Counted from the first letter of the whole stretch, positions 39,990 through 54,604 are shown. The stretch is DNA of 63,955 bases, filler included, from Reticulomyxa filosa (GCA_000512085.1; 20 parts of 20 records of this genome joined end to end with filler, not necessarily neighbours in it); one strand, 5' to 3'. The notes: generated by a model not told the origin, from the sequence alone. Program-made: numbers and translations.

Positions 39990-40572
39990 TGAATTGTGTT
40001 CATTAATACTTTGATCGTTGTTTTTACTTTGATCTTGTTCTTCGACTTGTATTTCTGTAAGTTCTAATTTATTTGTCTTTTGCTTTGCATTAACGTCCTA
40101 TTCAGTAATGATTTGGGCAGAACTTCTTTTTACTGGACTGAAAGTTTTTCACATATAAGACATATCAAAATTTTGAAGTTTCAATCATGCATTTTGTCAA
40201 GCATTTCAATTTTAGCAGATAATTTGAATTGGATGTATTGTTTTCTTTATACATTCGTCTTTTTCTTTTTCATATTTTTCAGTAAGAGCCTCAATTTCCT
40301 TTCGATTGCGTCCTCTTGATCTTGAAGTTTTTGTTCTAACTTTTCCACATTTGCTTTAAAGTCCAAGTAAAGTTCTTTGTATATATCACTTTGTACAATA
40401 CTAACGACTGACTGATATTCTTTGATACATAGTCCAACTTTTTCATAAACCGTTGTTTACATTGGCCGTTTTGAATTGGTGGCAACTTGGTGTTTGGGCG
40501 GAATCGATAACGATATGAGCACTTGAAGCATTTGAATTGCTTGTTCTTCGTCAACAATATCATCGATGTCAT
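39990..40572 (-). pseudogene. Decayed Cys-motif + coiled-coil coding remnant
   Basis: ORF 40336-40572 (FKCFKC) followed by frameshifted E/K/Q-rich coiled-coil sequence (LEQKLQDQEDAIERKL). Confidence 0.3.
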
Positions 40573-41567
40573 TACTATAAATAACTAGTGGTTGTTGTAG
40601 TTGATTTTTTGATTTATTGTTCATTGTTTTTCTGCTTTCATTGCACTCTTTATCAAAGAAAAACTTGTCACCATTACAATGCTTGTTGTAAATTTTTCTA
40701 ATTTTTTTTTAATGCAATACAATGACTCCTCAAGTTATAGATACAACTAAGCTGAATACCGAAAAAGATATTGCCTAGCTTCTTGTTTGACTGATATTTT
40801 TTAATTGAAATTTCTTACGATAGCTTGTGCAATCACTACCATTACAATTACAAACATAACAGGAGTCACATTTGCAAATCAATAAGAATGTGTTCATCAA
40901 GCCTTTGTCATATGAAGGAAAGTATTTGAATAAAAATTATTGAAACTTGGAGTGATTAAATCTTTTTTCATGTATTTTTTCAATACACTTGAGACAATCG
41001 ATTCGACCACACGAACTACATACAGTTACGGTGTAAACGTAATTTCCACATGTTGCAAAGTTGATATCATTGTTCAAAATAAAAAAACTTGTGACAACAC
41101 AGGCACCATCTCCATTAATTGAATTTTTATTATTTTTATCTTTCTATTTCAAAAACTTGAGTGATGTTATTCCATTTTCTCTTTCAAAATTTCCTTTAAT
41201 GACACATATTTCGTATCCAAAAAAAAAAATTGTATCGACATCGCATATACGAATTGTTTTATCATTTAAATCAAAAAGAAAATTTTAGTTCAAGCGGCGC
41301 CAGAATGTTCCTGAGGGCTACGCTTGAATAAAATTTTCTTTTTCGATTTTTCATTATTTCAAATATATTGAAAAAGTTTGTCGTATTATGGCTTGACATT
41401 TGTTATTTCATGTCAGTATTTCCATATCGATAAATGTGGCAAGCGATTTGATTTTGTTTTTATTTGTNNNNNNNNNNNNNNNNNNNNNNNNNNNNNNNNN
41501 NNNNNNNNNNNTTAATTAATTAANNNNNNNNNNNNNNNNNNNNNNNNNNNNNNNNNNNNNNNNNNNN

Positions 41568-42870
41568 TTTTACTGGATTGAAAAAGACATGTTTGCGATC
41601 TTTGTACGAGAGGACAGCAAGGAAAGAAAAATTGAAGTGATCAGACCTAAAGAGATAATTGATATACTTGGGATTTTGTCCAGACAATTGGACGTTTCTG
41701 ATGTTACCGACAATTTTGTCTTGGAATTGTGTGCACAAGATCTTAAAGATGGACAGCCAGTCACGAATTTTTTGGGAAATAGTTAACAAAGCATTCAACA
41801 TTTCCAGCAACACGCTACACATGTGTTCCACGTATCATGTTTATGGGTTGAATGATATTATTATATTGAATAGATGCAGCGGTAAACGTGGTCTGCAATT
41901 TGGGGATTAAAGACACATTATCATTCAAAAATGCATATGCTTGAGTTGTCATTTGATTGCTTAAGTACATTTGAGACAAGATGTCTTCAAGAGAAGGTAT
42001 AGTCATATGGCAATATGTCAAACAATACTATTTTATATATGTATAAAATGTTCAAATAATTGGTATAAAGCAAATGTACCATAAACTAAACATCATAACT
42101 TTGACAAATGTAGATATTTTTTTGTCATGTTTGCCTTGTAGAACCGACACGCATCTATGGCAATATCTCCGACCTTGGTGACCAGGTTGTCAAGGATAAA
42201 ATCAAAATTGCTGAACATTGCCCTACATTCGATATACTCGTTCAATTGTATCTCCAAATCCATCCCATAATCGATGCTATCGATGACATGGACAATCATT
42301 TCCACAATCTGCAGTCAGTCATTGCCCAACGTCAAGTGCAACGCTGCTTTGCAACCTTCGACCCACCTCCAGCAACGGCGTTGTACAATTTTGTGTTTTG
42401 TTGTGCTTTTGATTGGGTAAGAGATTTTGTAAAGTGTAATAAAAAAAAATAAAAAAAAAAACACACTCAATCAAAAATAAAAAAACTTACATAAAATTCT
42501 TTTGATATGCTCTGCCTCAACATAAGGGTTGTGTGGTGTCTTCCACCTCCACAGGACCCAATTATTGCATCTTTTGCTTCAAAATTGAGCGTCTGTCCAT
42601 CTATGTATGTATCAATTGTCATTAAAAAAAAAATGACATATTATATATGTTCGTGTGTTTTTTCTTTTTTAAAAAAATTTGTCATGCTATTGCTCGTAAA
42701 TATAACAGTTTGCAAACTTTGGAAATATCTTTATTGGTGACAAAGTTGTGTGCGTCAAAGGATTGATATACAAAGTCGTAATCAAAGTTTTTTTTCGTAT
42801 TCTTCATTAGATCTTTCAACCACAGAGAATTGTCTTGCATTTTCACAATCATCTTGCTTTTCACTCTTCG
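41568..42870 (-). pseudogene. VPS35L: VPS35L (C16orf62, Retriever subunit)-like fragment, disrupted
   Basis: IDYGMDLEIQLNEYIECRAMFSNFDFILDNLV, ISTFVK|intron|YCLTYCHMTIPSLEDI and NQMTTQAYAFL..SLIPKL follow VPS35L motifs in order. Several frameshifts and an apparent short deletion. Confidence 0.7.
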
Positions 42871-43351
42871 TAACGGTAATTACATGATGAAGATTGTAAT
42901 GCTCCTTTTCAGATTTATTTTTTTAACTTCTTTTTTTTACCAGTTGGAAAATACTTTTTCAATTTCAACAACAAAAAAACCACACAAAAGTGATATATTG
43001 TGTAATATGCATTATAAATGCGATTGCATATCTATTTCTGCCACTTGAATTTGGTTTTTTTTAACAATAAAAATCAAAAATGAAACAAAAAGTTGCTTGT
43101 AAAAAAAAGAGACTAATTTCACGTAAAAAAAAAGTTGATAAATGTGTTGACAACACATGGCAAATAATCAAGTGATTTGTTTGCAAATTGGAAATCACAT
43201 CAAGGTCAGTGGAGATCAATATCAACGCTTGGACTTGACAGTGAACGCATTGCACAATCGACAAAGTAGCGTGTTAAAAAATTCTCAAGTGCATCACTAA
43301 ACCACAATAATACGACGAACCAGCTCCAAATCTGATGACAACATAAGGCAA

Positions 43352-44050
43352 ATGGAAGATTATGATGAAAAGATGAACGATGTGGACATGGAGGATTATG
43401 ACCAAGACGAAGACAAACTCACATGTAGTGTATTTTACGTAAAGCATGGCTTTGATTCGTCGCTCTCTATCGTCGCGGAGAAGCAACGGCTAGCCCCTTT
43501 TTTGGCCGAGTATAATTCACTTTTGTGTTCACTGCTGAACCCGCATCGAGTATCGGTCTATCAAATGTGTTGCGAGACCTACTTTCGCATTGTTTCGTCG
43601 TCGTCTCGACATGCTCATTCGCAGCGTGACGATGGACAAGTTCGTCGATTAGCAGCTCCAAATCGAGCATATGCAATATAACATCTCGTTATACATGAAG
43701 CAGATACGAGTGTGTCTCGGCAACATGAATGCGGAGAAGAACTTATCCACGCGGACATGCGCAATTGCAACATGACATATGCATTTGAATCAATATCGAT
43801 TGGAAGGCTATCGACACTGCAGTGGAATGCATTCAGGTCAGAAGTCCCAACTATTGAGACATGAGCTAGTAGATGAACATTGCAGGTATGCCAATGTCGT
43901 TGGAGAACAAGTACATTCTAGCCCATTCGCATCTATCACTTTGGCAGGATCTGGGTTTGGCGAAACGTCCACCGACTTCCAATTGGACGATGTCAGTGTT
44001 TTGTTCCAATGTCTTTTGGTCTTCTTGTTGAGCTATCCGATCAACTCACA
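43352..44050 (+). pseudogene. Frameshifted coding remnant, unknown family
   Basis: GC-richer coding-like ORFs 43352-43681 and 43779-44114 in different frames with no clear intron between them. Confidence 0.3.
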
Positions 44051-45899
44051 AATTCCGATGTTTGTTTTTTTTTTTTTTCGTTTTTATGATGAATATTTTA
44101 CACTTAATTTTTGAAACCAAAGAAAATTGACATGAAGTTTGATATATCTTCAAATGTTGCTTTTTTGTTTTTTTTAAGGAAAAGAATTTGTTATGAATGT
44201 TATATTTTTGTATTCAAAACTGAAAAATGAAAAAACACGTTTGAAAAAGTGTGCATATGAAAACAATGTAAATTATAGATCATTGTTTGTTTGATTGTGT
44301 TTGATACTTTTTTTTAAAAAAAAAGACGACAATGAGTGTTGCCTTGTGCGGATATGTGATATCGATTCAATGCTGCGTGTATTATGTTCCAACGTCGAAG
44401 CGCAAAACAAAATACGGCGAAAATTAATTGTTGTATTAGAATCAAATGAGTAAACAAAAGTTGCGATTGAGTGTAGCAGGCGGATAGCACTTGTCGGAGT
44501 TATCGACATTGAATTCACAACTTTTTGGACTAGTTTTTACAAAAAAGGCTGAACTAATGCCAAGAAAAGCATTAGTGGTAAAACGGCATTTGCGGCATTA
44601 GAAACTGCAATTGTGGTGGAAGCAACGATTTTTTATTATAAGTTAAATCAGAGCAAATGACAACTGTGGATATGGTCAAAACGGTAGTGCGAGCGAACAA
44701 AGAGTGCATGTGGGGGGAGGGTGCAAGTCAAAAAGAAATTGGACTAGACTATCTGTGAGATAACTTTGCTTCCATAGTATTGCATTCAACTCTCGAATTG
44801 CCCTCAAAATCGCATATCCGAAACAAGGGTCGTATTATCCGATTGATTGGAGTCTGATTCAAGAATATTACATTCAAATGGAGCTAATCAAGTGAATTTC
44901 TTTATGGTTTGGAGATTCGAAACTCGCTGGCCGCTGACCATTTGTAGTAGTTCTCAATGCGAAGCATATTGAATCTGTTGGACTTTATTTTATCTTAAGA
45001 AAAGAAAATGAAAAGGAGCAGGGATTTTGGAATGGATGTAATATGATACATTTGTATAAATCAGTTTATCATTTACCATAAATGCAAGTGATAGTGGTAG
45101 ATCCGCCCATTCAATTCGGCCAAAGTGGCAACACATTTAAGTGACGACTGCCCGCGTGGCTGCCAATGACTTTTGCCTAGCCCCATTTTGTTATGTCCGG
45201 CATATCGCTCCATTCAAAATGATACTACCGTCAACGTGATGCTCAACTATCTGTTGTCCAAGCAAAAAAAATGTATTGAAATGTGGGCTGCGATAAAGAA
45301 AGGGACCGATTGTCTAGAAAAGGAATTATCATTACCAACGCCAATAGCAATAACGACAACAACAACAGCAAAAATAACAATAGCTAAAACAATATAATAG
45401 ACTTATCCAATGTTGAAATGCATCATATGTTCGATAAAATAAATTTTTTATTCGTCCCAAAGAATGTCTGTCATATTTGATCATCACAATATAAAAAGCA
45501 AAATGGACTATCGAGTTGTGTTATGAGTCGAAAACCGACCGTCATGTGTTTGAAACTGACATTTTTTTTGCGAAGATTGTGTGTCATTTGATTGTAAATC
45601 TTGTGATACCAATGAACAAAATTATTGCACAACTTCTTGGCTCGTTGCAATATTGGGTCGAAGGTCCGCACAAAGCAATGCTGTTGCCATCAGTTGATAT
45701 ATCCAATATGTAAAGGTAGGACTTTCATTGTTGAGTTTGGAAACANNNNNNNNNNNNNNNNNNNNNNNNNNNNNNNNNNNNNNNNNNNNTTAATTAATTA
45801 ANNNNNNNNNNNNNNNNNNNNNNNNNNNNNNNNNNNNNNNNNNNNTTTAAACGTTTTTTTTTGGTTGTTTTTTTTTTTTTTTCCCACCCCTTTTGCATA

Positions 45900-47140
45900 C
45901 AATAAAATTTCCTTTCGTTTTGGTCTGGCAATGACTGTGTTTTCCTCTTCAACGGACCGGTCGGTTACAATTGAAACACGAGAGTTTCTGCTTATCGCGT
46001 CACTGATGACACTTATCAAAGAACGGTAGGTATCCTCATCTGCGTCATGTTCAACCGACTTACTATAACGATTGTGATTCAACATATCCGGTTGTCTGTT
46101 TCATTCCGATTACGTATACACAAATTTGCAATTTTTATGTGTTTAAAAAAAAAAAATCGATCACTAAGGAGAAAGGGGAGGGGAGTGATAAATTTTTCAT
46201 CACTAAAGTTTTTTTCCTTTCTCCCCCCCCCCCCCCCCCTCCAAAAAAAAAAACTTATCCTAGTTTTTGAGGTGCTAATAACTGTTCTAACTGGTTACGA
46301 TCGAGCGAGAGTTCTTTGTACTCAGGGATCGGGTCGATTGTAGACCGCTCTTGAGGACGGCTGATGTTGCTTTGTACGTCGATGTTGATTTTCTTGTCAT
46401 CGTTAAGTTTGATAAGTTTTTGGTGTGACTCATTGCCTTGATCGCTTTCTCTCTCTTTCCATTCTGTCTCCGTTGTCTTGTGAGCCAGCAGATATTGATC
46501 GATGCAATGGACAATGCATGCTTTCAATTGTACCAAACCGTCGGCTTTGTCAAGCGGATTGAATTGCATCTTCACTTGCCATAGTCTTGGGTAATGGTAG
46601 ACAGATCCATTTGAGAAGAGCAAAAAAAAAAAAAAAAAAAAATGGCATTGTCATTCAATTACAAAAAAAAAAAAACCAAAGGTAATGCTTAACAAATCAA
46701 AGCAAGGTTGCAGCACAGGTAAGACAGATGGAACTTCAATTGGCTGTTGAAGGGCTATCATGTCAGACAGATATTTGCAGTCCAAATGGATTCGAGGGTC
46801 AGTCATCAACACGGATACAAATGCGCTTGGAACACTACGTATACTGATTTTCCCCCCATTAGTCCCTTTTTTTTAATAAAAAAAAAAAATCAAACATTGT
46901 GATAACCAAACACACCATTCGAATGACTTGTTTTTGTATGATGGAGATCAAAAATACAAGTAAATTACCCGTAGTGTACTCATAGTCGGAAGGAATTGGC
47001 GACCGCTGTTGGCTGACCGGTGACTGCAACGTGATCAAATTGGTTACCTCGGGCCAGTTGACCGGCCCTTGTGAGATCATATTGGTTCCTGTGATCGGCG
47101 CAGCCTCGTAACGCGTTGAGTTGTTTGTGGTCACGGACAC
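45900..47140 (-). CDS. Hypothetical protein, internal exons
   Basis: Four coding-like minus-strand blocks (about 47140-46970, 46845-46695, 46620-46260, 46100-45900) separated by poly-T intron-like tracts; no motif recognised. Confidence 0.55.
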
Positions 47141-47779
47141 TTTGACACACCATCACAGCATATTTTTATTATTTATTTTTTTTAAAAAAAATAAGATCTG
47201 ACATTGTTTCAAAACAAGTANNNNNNNNNNNNNNNNNNNNNNNNNNNNNNNNNNNNNNNNNNNNTTAATTAATTAANNNNNNNNNNNNNNNNNNNNNNNN
47301 NNNNNNNNNNNNNNNNNNNNTCCTCCTCTCTCTCTCTCTCTCTATCACCAGCAAAACTGGACATATTCCACCAATTGTTGACCCGAGCTGTAGCGAGTAT
47401 TTTTCAGTTGCGAAAACAATTGTCCAGTTGGATCATTTTTCGCTTCATGGACCTTTGCAACTTTGATACGATTGATGGTGATGCGATGTTGGTTTTGTTG
47501 GTTGTTGGTTGAACGAATACGAGCTTGCCAACAACGTATGGATTTGGGCAAGATCAACGGACAATGATTTCTGATCTTTTTTGCTGTCGTCTGCTAATCC
47601 ATTGAAATTGTTGCCGCGATTAGTCGGGGATGTATGATTACGTGCCAAGGCAGTTATAAAAAGGAAGCAGCAAACCTATATTATTTCAACAAAACAAAAC
47701 TTAATTAATTTTATTATTTAAAAAAAAAATAATTAAACATTTTAAAAAAATTATTCCGACACTACAATCAATTTCATTT

Positions 47780-49640
47780 CCCACTTCCAAATGAAAAACA
47801 AACAAAGTAAGAGGATTAAAAAGCGGGTAGTAAGTTTCATCAAAAAAATAAACAATATTCGTAACTTCAGATTCACCACGAATTACCACCATTGTCACAA
47901 CCTATACCATTATTGCGATTGATAAATCCAACACATGCATAGTTTCATTGGCCACTACATTTACATTAATAATACCATTTTCCACCTTTCTCTATCACAC
48001 ACGCACATCTGCAACAAAATCGTCCACATAATAACGGTTGTATTGATCAGGCTTTGTGGACAAATGTTCGGTACATTTTGATGGACTGTCTCTGTACTTG
48101 GTAAAGGCTTCCATAATATGCGCAGAAACTTCCTTTAGATTCTTTTGCATCCATAACGACTTTGCTCTTATTCTTTTCCTTGGGAAGTATATTTCTCATT
48201 GCCAGCAGTAATTACAACAGCGTTTGGGATGTGTTGACCAGAGACAGTGAACCAATGCTCCATTGAGTCAATGCATTCGGAAACGAGTGCCAAAGTCTTG
48301 TCTTGTTGTCTTGTTGTCTTCCAAGGTAGCGCATTGATTTGCAATGCATGTAGCAATACGATCAATGCTTGTGCTGCTTTACTGGAGCAATACAATGTCC
48401 AAATTGGCGATGCAGCATTGACAAAGACCAATGAGCTGTAAATTGAGCCTTTCAATACTTCCGATTCTACAATCTATAATTCGGAAATCGCTGCTCAAGT
48501 CCATGATAATGAAAACCACTTCCGAAGGTGGACACACATCCATTGTACCAATTGACACATTGAATTTGGCCATCAATTTCTTTTTGTTTGGATCTTGATA
48601 AATCGAGACCACTGTGAGATCCATATATATGTTAATGATTGATGGATCGGATCCAACTACGAGTTTCAACTTTTCTGTTCCAGGCCATTCAAAAGGCAAA
48701 GCTTTGATTTGTGCATCGTCGTCAATGTTACCACGTCCATAGTTGTATAGCACAGGTACGCGTTCCTGTGTCGTCATTGTATTTGTTCAATGTTTTTCGG
48801 AACAATTGATTATTCAAACACAAGTTTCTCAGAATCGACTGGTTTGGTTTGTTCGTCTCGTAGATAACGCACCAATTGGCCCCTGTTATGTCTATTGGCT
48901 TCATTGAGTTGACTTGGTGTCCAGTTCGGCTGCAGGATGTGGACCGTATAATGATAAGCAAATGTGCAAATGCAATGATATCAATGTAAATAGTGACAAT
49001 AACACGCAAACGGCATATGTTCGGTTGCCAACACGTGGAACAACAAGTCTTGGATCGGTTGATAGGTCACGGCCATTGAACTATTCTTTCATTGACTGCA
49101 TTGGGCTCATTGTTATTACATTTTTCAACGTGGGTGTGTGTGGAGGAAAATCGGCCACGTTTGAGCCATATCCCCAATATTCGCTGGTCGATGATCATTG
49201 GCTTTGTGAACTGGTGGGACAAAATTACGTAATGTGGCATCTTGGAAATCTTTACACTTTTCTTTCAAATTCCACTTCTAATGTTACCATCTTCAATTGA
49301 TCCGCAGAAACTGTTTTAGATCGTTCTTGTTCTTTCAATTTGCGCTCCCATAGTTTGGACAAGCCATTCTTTGTTGGCTTTGATCCATACATTTGCCGCT
49401 TCCACCGTCGTGTTTCCTTCTTTTTTCAATGCTCGTTCGGCCAACGCTTTGGCATAACTAACTCTTGAGTCATCATTTGATTATTCAAAATCTTTGGATG
49501 ATTGTTTTCTTTCATCCCCAACACGAGACGAAGCGTTTCTCCAGATATTTGAGGAACTGCCACAATGATCAAGTTCTTCAATGCTTCAATGCCATCCAAC
49601 TCGCTCTTTTCCAACTTTTCATCCTTCTTTGCAATAATGG
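47780..49640 (-). pseudogene. Decayed long ORF with vWA-like motifs
   Basis: Successive frameshifted ORFs. VVFIIMDLSS (DxSxS-like), WTLY and VVITAGNE (TDG-like) occur in vWA order. Confidence 0.3.
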
Positions 49641-49949
49641 ACCTATATATTTAACAAAAAAAAAAAAAAAACTTTAATTTTTTTAAAATGTTTAATTATT
49701 TTTTTAAAATAACAAAAAAAAATTACTTCAGAAATTATCAAACTTTCATTTCCCACCTCCAGGTAAAAAAAAANNNNNNNNNNNNNNNNNNNNNNNNNNN
49801 NNNNNNNNNNNNNNNNNTTAATTAATTAANNNNNNNNNNNNNNNNNNNNNNNNNNNNNNNNNNNNNNNNNNNNAAAAAAAAAAAAAAAACATTATATATA
49901 TATATATATGTATATATAAATGCACAAAATATGTTGTTTACCACAATAG

Positions 49950-52092
49950 GATCAGTTGGAGATATCAAAACGGAAATCAATGAGATGCTAACTACAGCAA
50001 AGGATAGCAGCAAAGAAGAGCAGCAAAGGAAAAAAAGCATAGCGCCTTCTGCAGATGACCCAATTGATAGACAGAAAACAATCTTTGAAACAAAGTCGCT
50101 CAGTGCCTCGTTGTCATCATTGACGAGCATGTTTCAAGGTAGGAATGAAATATGGAATATTCGATGCAACCACTATTTATTTACATATACACATATAAAT
50201 ATATATATATATATTTATATATATATATGTATATAAACGAAAGACAAAGTAAACAAAACAAAAAATATATAGTGTCTCGTGAAATGGCGGACAATCCGGA
50301 AGTGAAGGGTCAGAAAGAATACCAGCGTCGCAAGCATGAGTTGCAGCTGCAGCGACAGCAGAGCAACCGGCCGGGGTCAGCACGAAGTGTGAGCAGTACG
50401 GAGAGCGGCGTGTGGAATAAGACGAAGGAAACGCCCGCGGAGATGTTGTATGATTTCACGTGTCGCTATCGCAAGCCATTGAAGAAGTTCCACAGCAATG
50501 TGTTCAAGACACGGTTCATCGTGATTGACAAGCAGCAGCTGAAGATGCTTATTTATCGTGACAAAAAGGAGCGAATGGAGCATGCCGAGTCGAGATTTGT
50601 GTACGACCTGACGTCGGACATGATATTGGAGTTTAGTGAGGAAACAGAAGAGCCATACTGTCTGCAATTGGACATGAGCAAAACGAAGCACGTGTTGTCA
50701 TTCGAGACGTTTGAGCAGCGACAGCAATGTTACAGCCAGCTATTCCAATGTCGCGATTTGCGAAGTCAACGACAGCAGTTGGACAAATTGTCATCGCAAA
50801 TCCATGACGACCATCGCATAAACACATCGATCGATAAGACAGATAATATGACGTCATTGGACACATTCAATGACACCGCGTCCGAACTGACCAAATCGAA
50901 AAGAGCGACAATAGTTGCAACCACTGTCGCTGCAGGAGTCAATAGCGCAAATGCAAGTGCAAATAAAAACAAACAAGAGCTGCTGTCCATGGTTTCCAAT
51001 TTCAAAAAATGGTCCCATCAATCCAACGGTGGCAAGAAATTTGCAGACTTTTTGAAACACTCGGAGAGCGTGGAGTTGGAACATATGCAAGAGATTGTCG
51101 GCGTCATTAGCCATCTGTTTCAAACTGAACATTGCCAACAACACCAACAAAAAACTTCTTCTCTTCTTATCATCGACTCCGATCACAGCGGCAGCGATGC
51201 CGAAGGCACCAAACATGAGAAAGCCATCGACAGCGATAATGACATGAGCATCACCTCCACCGCCACCATCGTCGCTGCTGCAGATCCCTCTCAAAGACGC
51301 AGGGCCACCGTGTCCATCACGCACGACAGCCGCAAGCTCATCGAAGACTTTGTCAGCGCTCAAGGGCTTACCAACTTGGCTTCCCTCTCTTTGAGCAATG
51401 TGTCCAAGAACAACCATCGATTTCTTATCGCCATTTTGGAATTCTTGGGATTGATATCGGAGGTCACCAGTCAGTCTGCTGATGATAAGCAGAACTTGGG
51501 ACTTCGTTTTATTATTCAACATAGTTTTGTTTCTTTACTATATATATATTATGTATGCATATCATCTATGTTAATATGGTAAAATCACAGGCCATTGTGT
51601 GCAATCCATCGTTGACATGTTCGAATGCGAACACGTTGAGGTGCGCAAACGTGTGATACGCTTGCTGACCAGTATCATGTGCTTCAACGACGACGGCTTG
51701 TCCAAAGTGACGCGCTGCTTGCAAAAATACGCCGAGGAACACGGTTGTGGACATGACCATGGACACGGACATGGACACAAATCGAAGAAAGAACTGAACG
51801 TTTGGAACGAGATCCTCAAATCCTTATATGTCACCACCGACATTGAATACCGAGTGGACGTGTTGCAAATGCTCAACGCCGCGCTGGGCTTTATGGCCGA
51901 ACTGGACGAGCGCACCCGTCTGCGAAAAGCCCTGAATCGTATGCATTTCGACGAAATCATTCACGATCTCGTGGACGTGTTCAAGCGAGAGATTCAGCTA
52001 TCATTGCCGCAGGATGAAAATGAAGCGGAAGATGGAGACATTACAGAAAACGAGGACGATGACGACGATCATGATCACGATCACGATCACGA
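49950..52092 (+). CDS. Formin N-terminal region: PH domain + GBD/FH3; both ends partial
   Basis: PH: YRKPLKK..FKTRFIVID..MLIYRD..YCLQL..HVLSFETFEQRQQCYSQL. GBD/FH3: IEDFVSAQGLTNL, NLGLRFII, VRKRVIRLLTSIM..GLSKV, IEYRVDVLQMLNA..LDERTRLRKAL. FH1/FH2 are not in the window. Confidence 0.8.
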
Positions 52093-52673
52093 NNNNNNNN
52101 NNNNNNNNNNNNNNNNNNNNNNNNNNNNNNNNNNNNTTAATTAATTAANNNNNNNNNNNNNNNNNNNNNNNNNNNNNNNNNNNNNNNNNNNNTGCCGTTT
52201 TAGGTGTCAACTTTACTTTGCATTTTACTGTATTATAAGTTAAACATAAACTACGTATATATACTTTTTTTATTACTAAGCAACACCAAACAAATATATA
52301 TTTGCGCTGAACTAACAAATGTCAAACGTAAAAGTCACTCCGCTGGACGTATCATTCACTTATATAAAGTCTGGAAAGCAAAACTCATAATGTTCATAGT
52401 TTAAGCAAGTTTCCTTTTTTTTGTCACAAAAACATCCGAAAATCTAACTAGAAATAAGTGAAATTTTCCATTAACAATTACTTTCAAATCCATTCTTTTT
52501 CATAATTCGTCCAAAGGTCAAATTTTAATATTAAGATTTAATCAAAGAATTGTTTAAAACAAAATGTCAGCTATTTGAAGAGATATAATGAAACGAAAGT
52601 GATCAAAGGAATTACAAAAGTTAAAACAAATAATGAAGGGTTACGTCTCCTCCCCATTACAAACTAAAAAAGT

Positions 52674-53164
52674 TTAATCCGAGTCGGGGGTTTGTTGTTT
52701 GACTAGCTCTTTTAAGAGATACTCTAGCTTCTCTTCATTGGTTAAAAAGCGAAAGGGAACAGAGTCTGAAGATGACGAAGAATCTGAAGAAAGCTTTGGT
52801 TTCAAATGGAAGCCAATGACATAAAGCATATAATCAATAAATTCAGCAAAATCGCTGTCTCTCTGAAGCACCTGTTGCAACAAATTTTGCGGTTTGTGAT
52901 GACATTTATCAATTGCGACAATAATCTTTCGTAGCACTGGATTCGTCAACGCCTGTCTAATCCTTCGATCATTGGCTAGTCGTTCGTACTGTTTTAGACT
53001 CACTGTATACCCCGTGACTGACACAGGTTCGTCCTTTTTCATCGTCAATTCCATTTCTTTTGTTTCTTTTTGTATCACTTTCCCCTTTCTTTCATCGCTT
53101 TTCTTTTCTGTCTCCATAGCATTTTTTGTTGCGTTATTATTACTTTGCGTTTTTACACAGCTTT
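52674..53164 (-). CDS. ZNHIT3: ZNHIT3/Hit1-like box C/D snoRNP assembly factor, last exon
   Basis: VSLKQYERLANDRRIRQALTNPVLRKIIVAID..DFAEFIDYMLYVI matches the Hit1/ZNHIT3 C-terminal domain. The exon begins with (E)SC, possibly the last zf-HIT cysteine. Confidence 0.7.
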
Positions 53165-53292
53165 CTATTTTATTTTTTTAAAAATCCTTGTCNNNNNNNN
53201 NNNNNNNNNNNNNNNNNNNNNNNNNNNNNNNNNNNNTTAATTAATTAANNNNNNNNNNNNNNNNNNNNNNNNNNNNNNNNNNNNNNNNNNNN

Positions 53293-54525
53293 TTAGTAAT
53301 GGCCAATTGCAATATTGAACACGGTGAATTTGGAAGAAGCAGTAGCGTGAGTAGTATTCACGAAAAGAGTGCAAAAAACTTGCGCTTACGATACTACAAG
53401 AGCCTGAACATAATCCAAAGTCTTCACGTTCAGAGCAAATGGAATAGCGCCGGGAAACACTGGGATTGACATGTGTGACTACATTAGCAGATGCTTCTGG
53501 TAACTACTGGCATGAGACAAGCAAGCTCCCAAAAGTAGTGACTGAAGAAAAGACACTGAACAATAATGATCAAGAAACAAGCAATGATGGCACACTGTCC
53601 AATAATAATAATAAGTTGGTCCCCTCCTTGTTGTATCCTTCCCAAACCCAACTTATGTCAGTGGTCCAGCGAAAAACAGACAACCCAAATCCATGACAAA
53701 CGCGAAGATGTATTTCTCCTTCCTGTCAAGTATGCCACTGATGACGAGAGCGACGTTGACAAGGTCCATACTATAATGTGGTCACTGCAGATGATTATCA
53801 TCAAGATGGTGATGCAAATATTAACCACAAGACCAACAATAACAGCGCTATGAAGAAAAGAGCTATGGGAGCAGTGTTGACCACAACAGTCACGACAACC
53901 AAAGCAAGTGCCATGAAGCCAAAGTCAATGACAAAGACAAAGAAACCAGTATCGGCACGTAACAGGTCGCGCTTGTTACAAAGCGTGAGTGCAGATTGTT
54001 GTTATTTGGGCACGTAACAAGCACTTGTCATTTGTAGTGCCACCAGTTCTTGCGACATATAACAACAATACCAATGGCACTGCACATTTGGGGATACATG
54101 CCTCCTCCAAGCCATTGCCGTTGATCGATATCAAATCCAAACCGAAAAGCAATCAAAAATTGCGGTCGTTGTTCTTGCAGCAGATCCGCGTAGCGAATGC
54201 CAGCAGACAAAAGCCTTTGCTCTCGGGTGTCGTCGTTATCACCACCATTATCGACGGTACACTCTAACAGCAGCTCACGACCGACAACCAAGGTGAAGAA
54301 GTCAATACCACAAAAGTAAAGTCTATCCTTGCGGAATCCATCACTAACACTGACATTAATACTAATGCCGCTAATCCAAAGTCGTCTTTTTCTTATTCTT
54401 CTTCTTCATTTCACAAAAACATGACCATGGATATGGACCGCGTATTCGTCGATATGGACGTCGACAATGAATATGTAGATATTGACGGAGGAGATTTGAA
54501 CGTCCATATCGCAAGTAGCTTGTAA
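53293..54525 (+). pseudogene. Frameshifted low-complexity coding remnant
   Basis: Chain of overlapping plus-strand ORFs in alternating frames, T/N/D-rich. Confidence 0.3.
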
Positions 54526-54604
54526 AAAAAAAAAGGGACTTGACAATAAAAAAAGATTTATTGATTAAGTACTAATGTCCTTGTCAAATTCAATAAAACG
54601 AAGT

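Noticed and set aside
50854-51522. 222-aa antisense ORF in the formin gene
   Set aside because: Shadow of a GC-richer coding exon.
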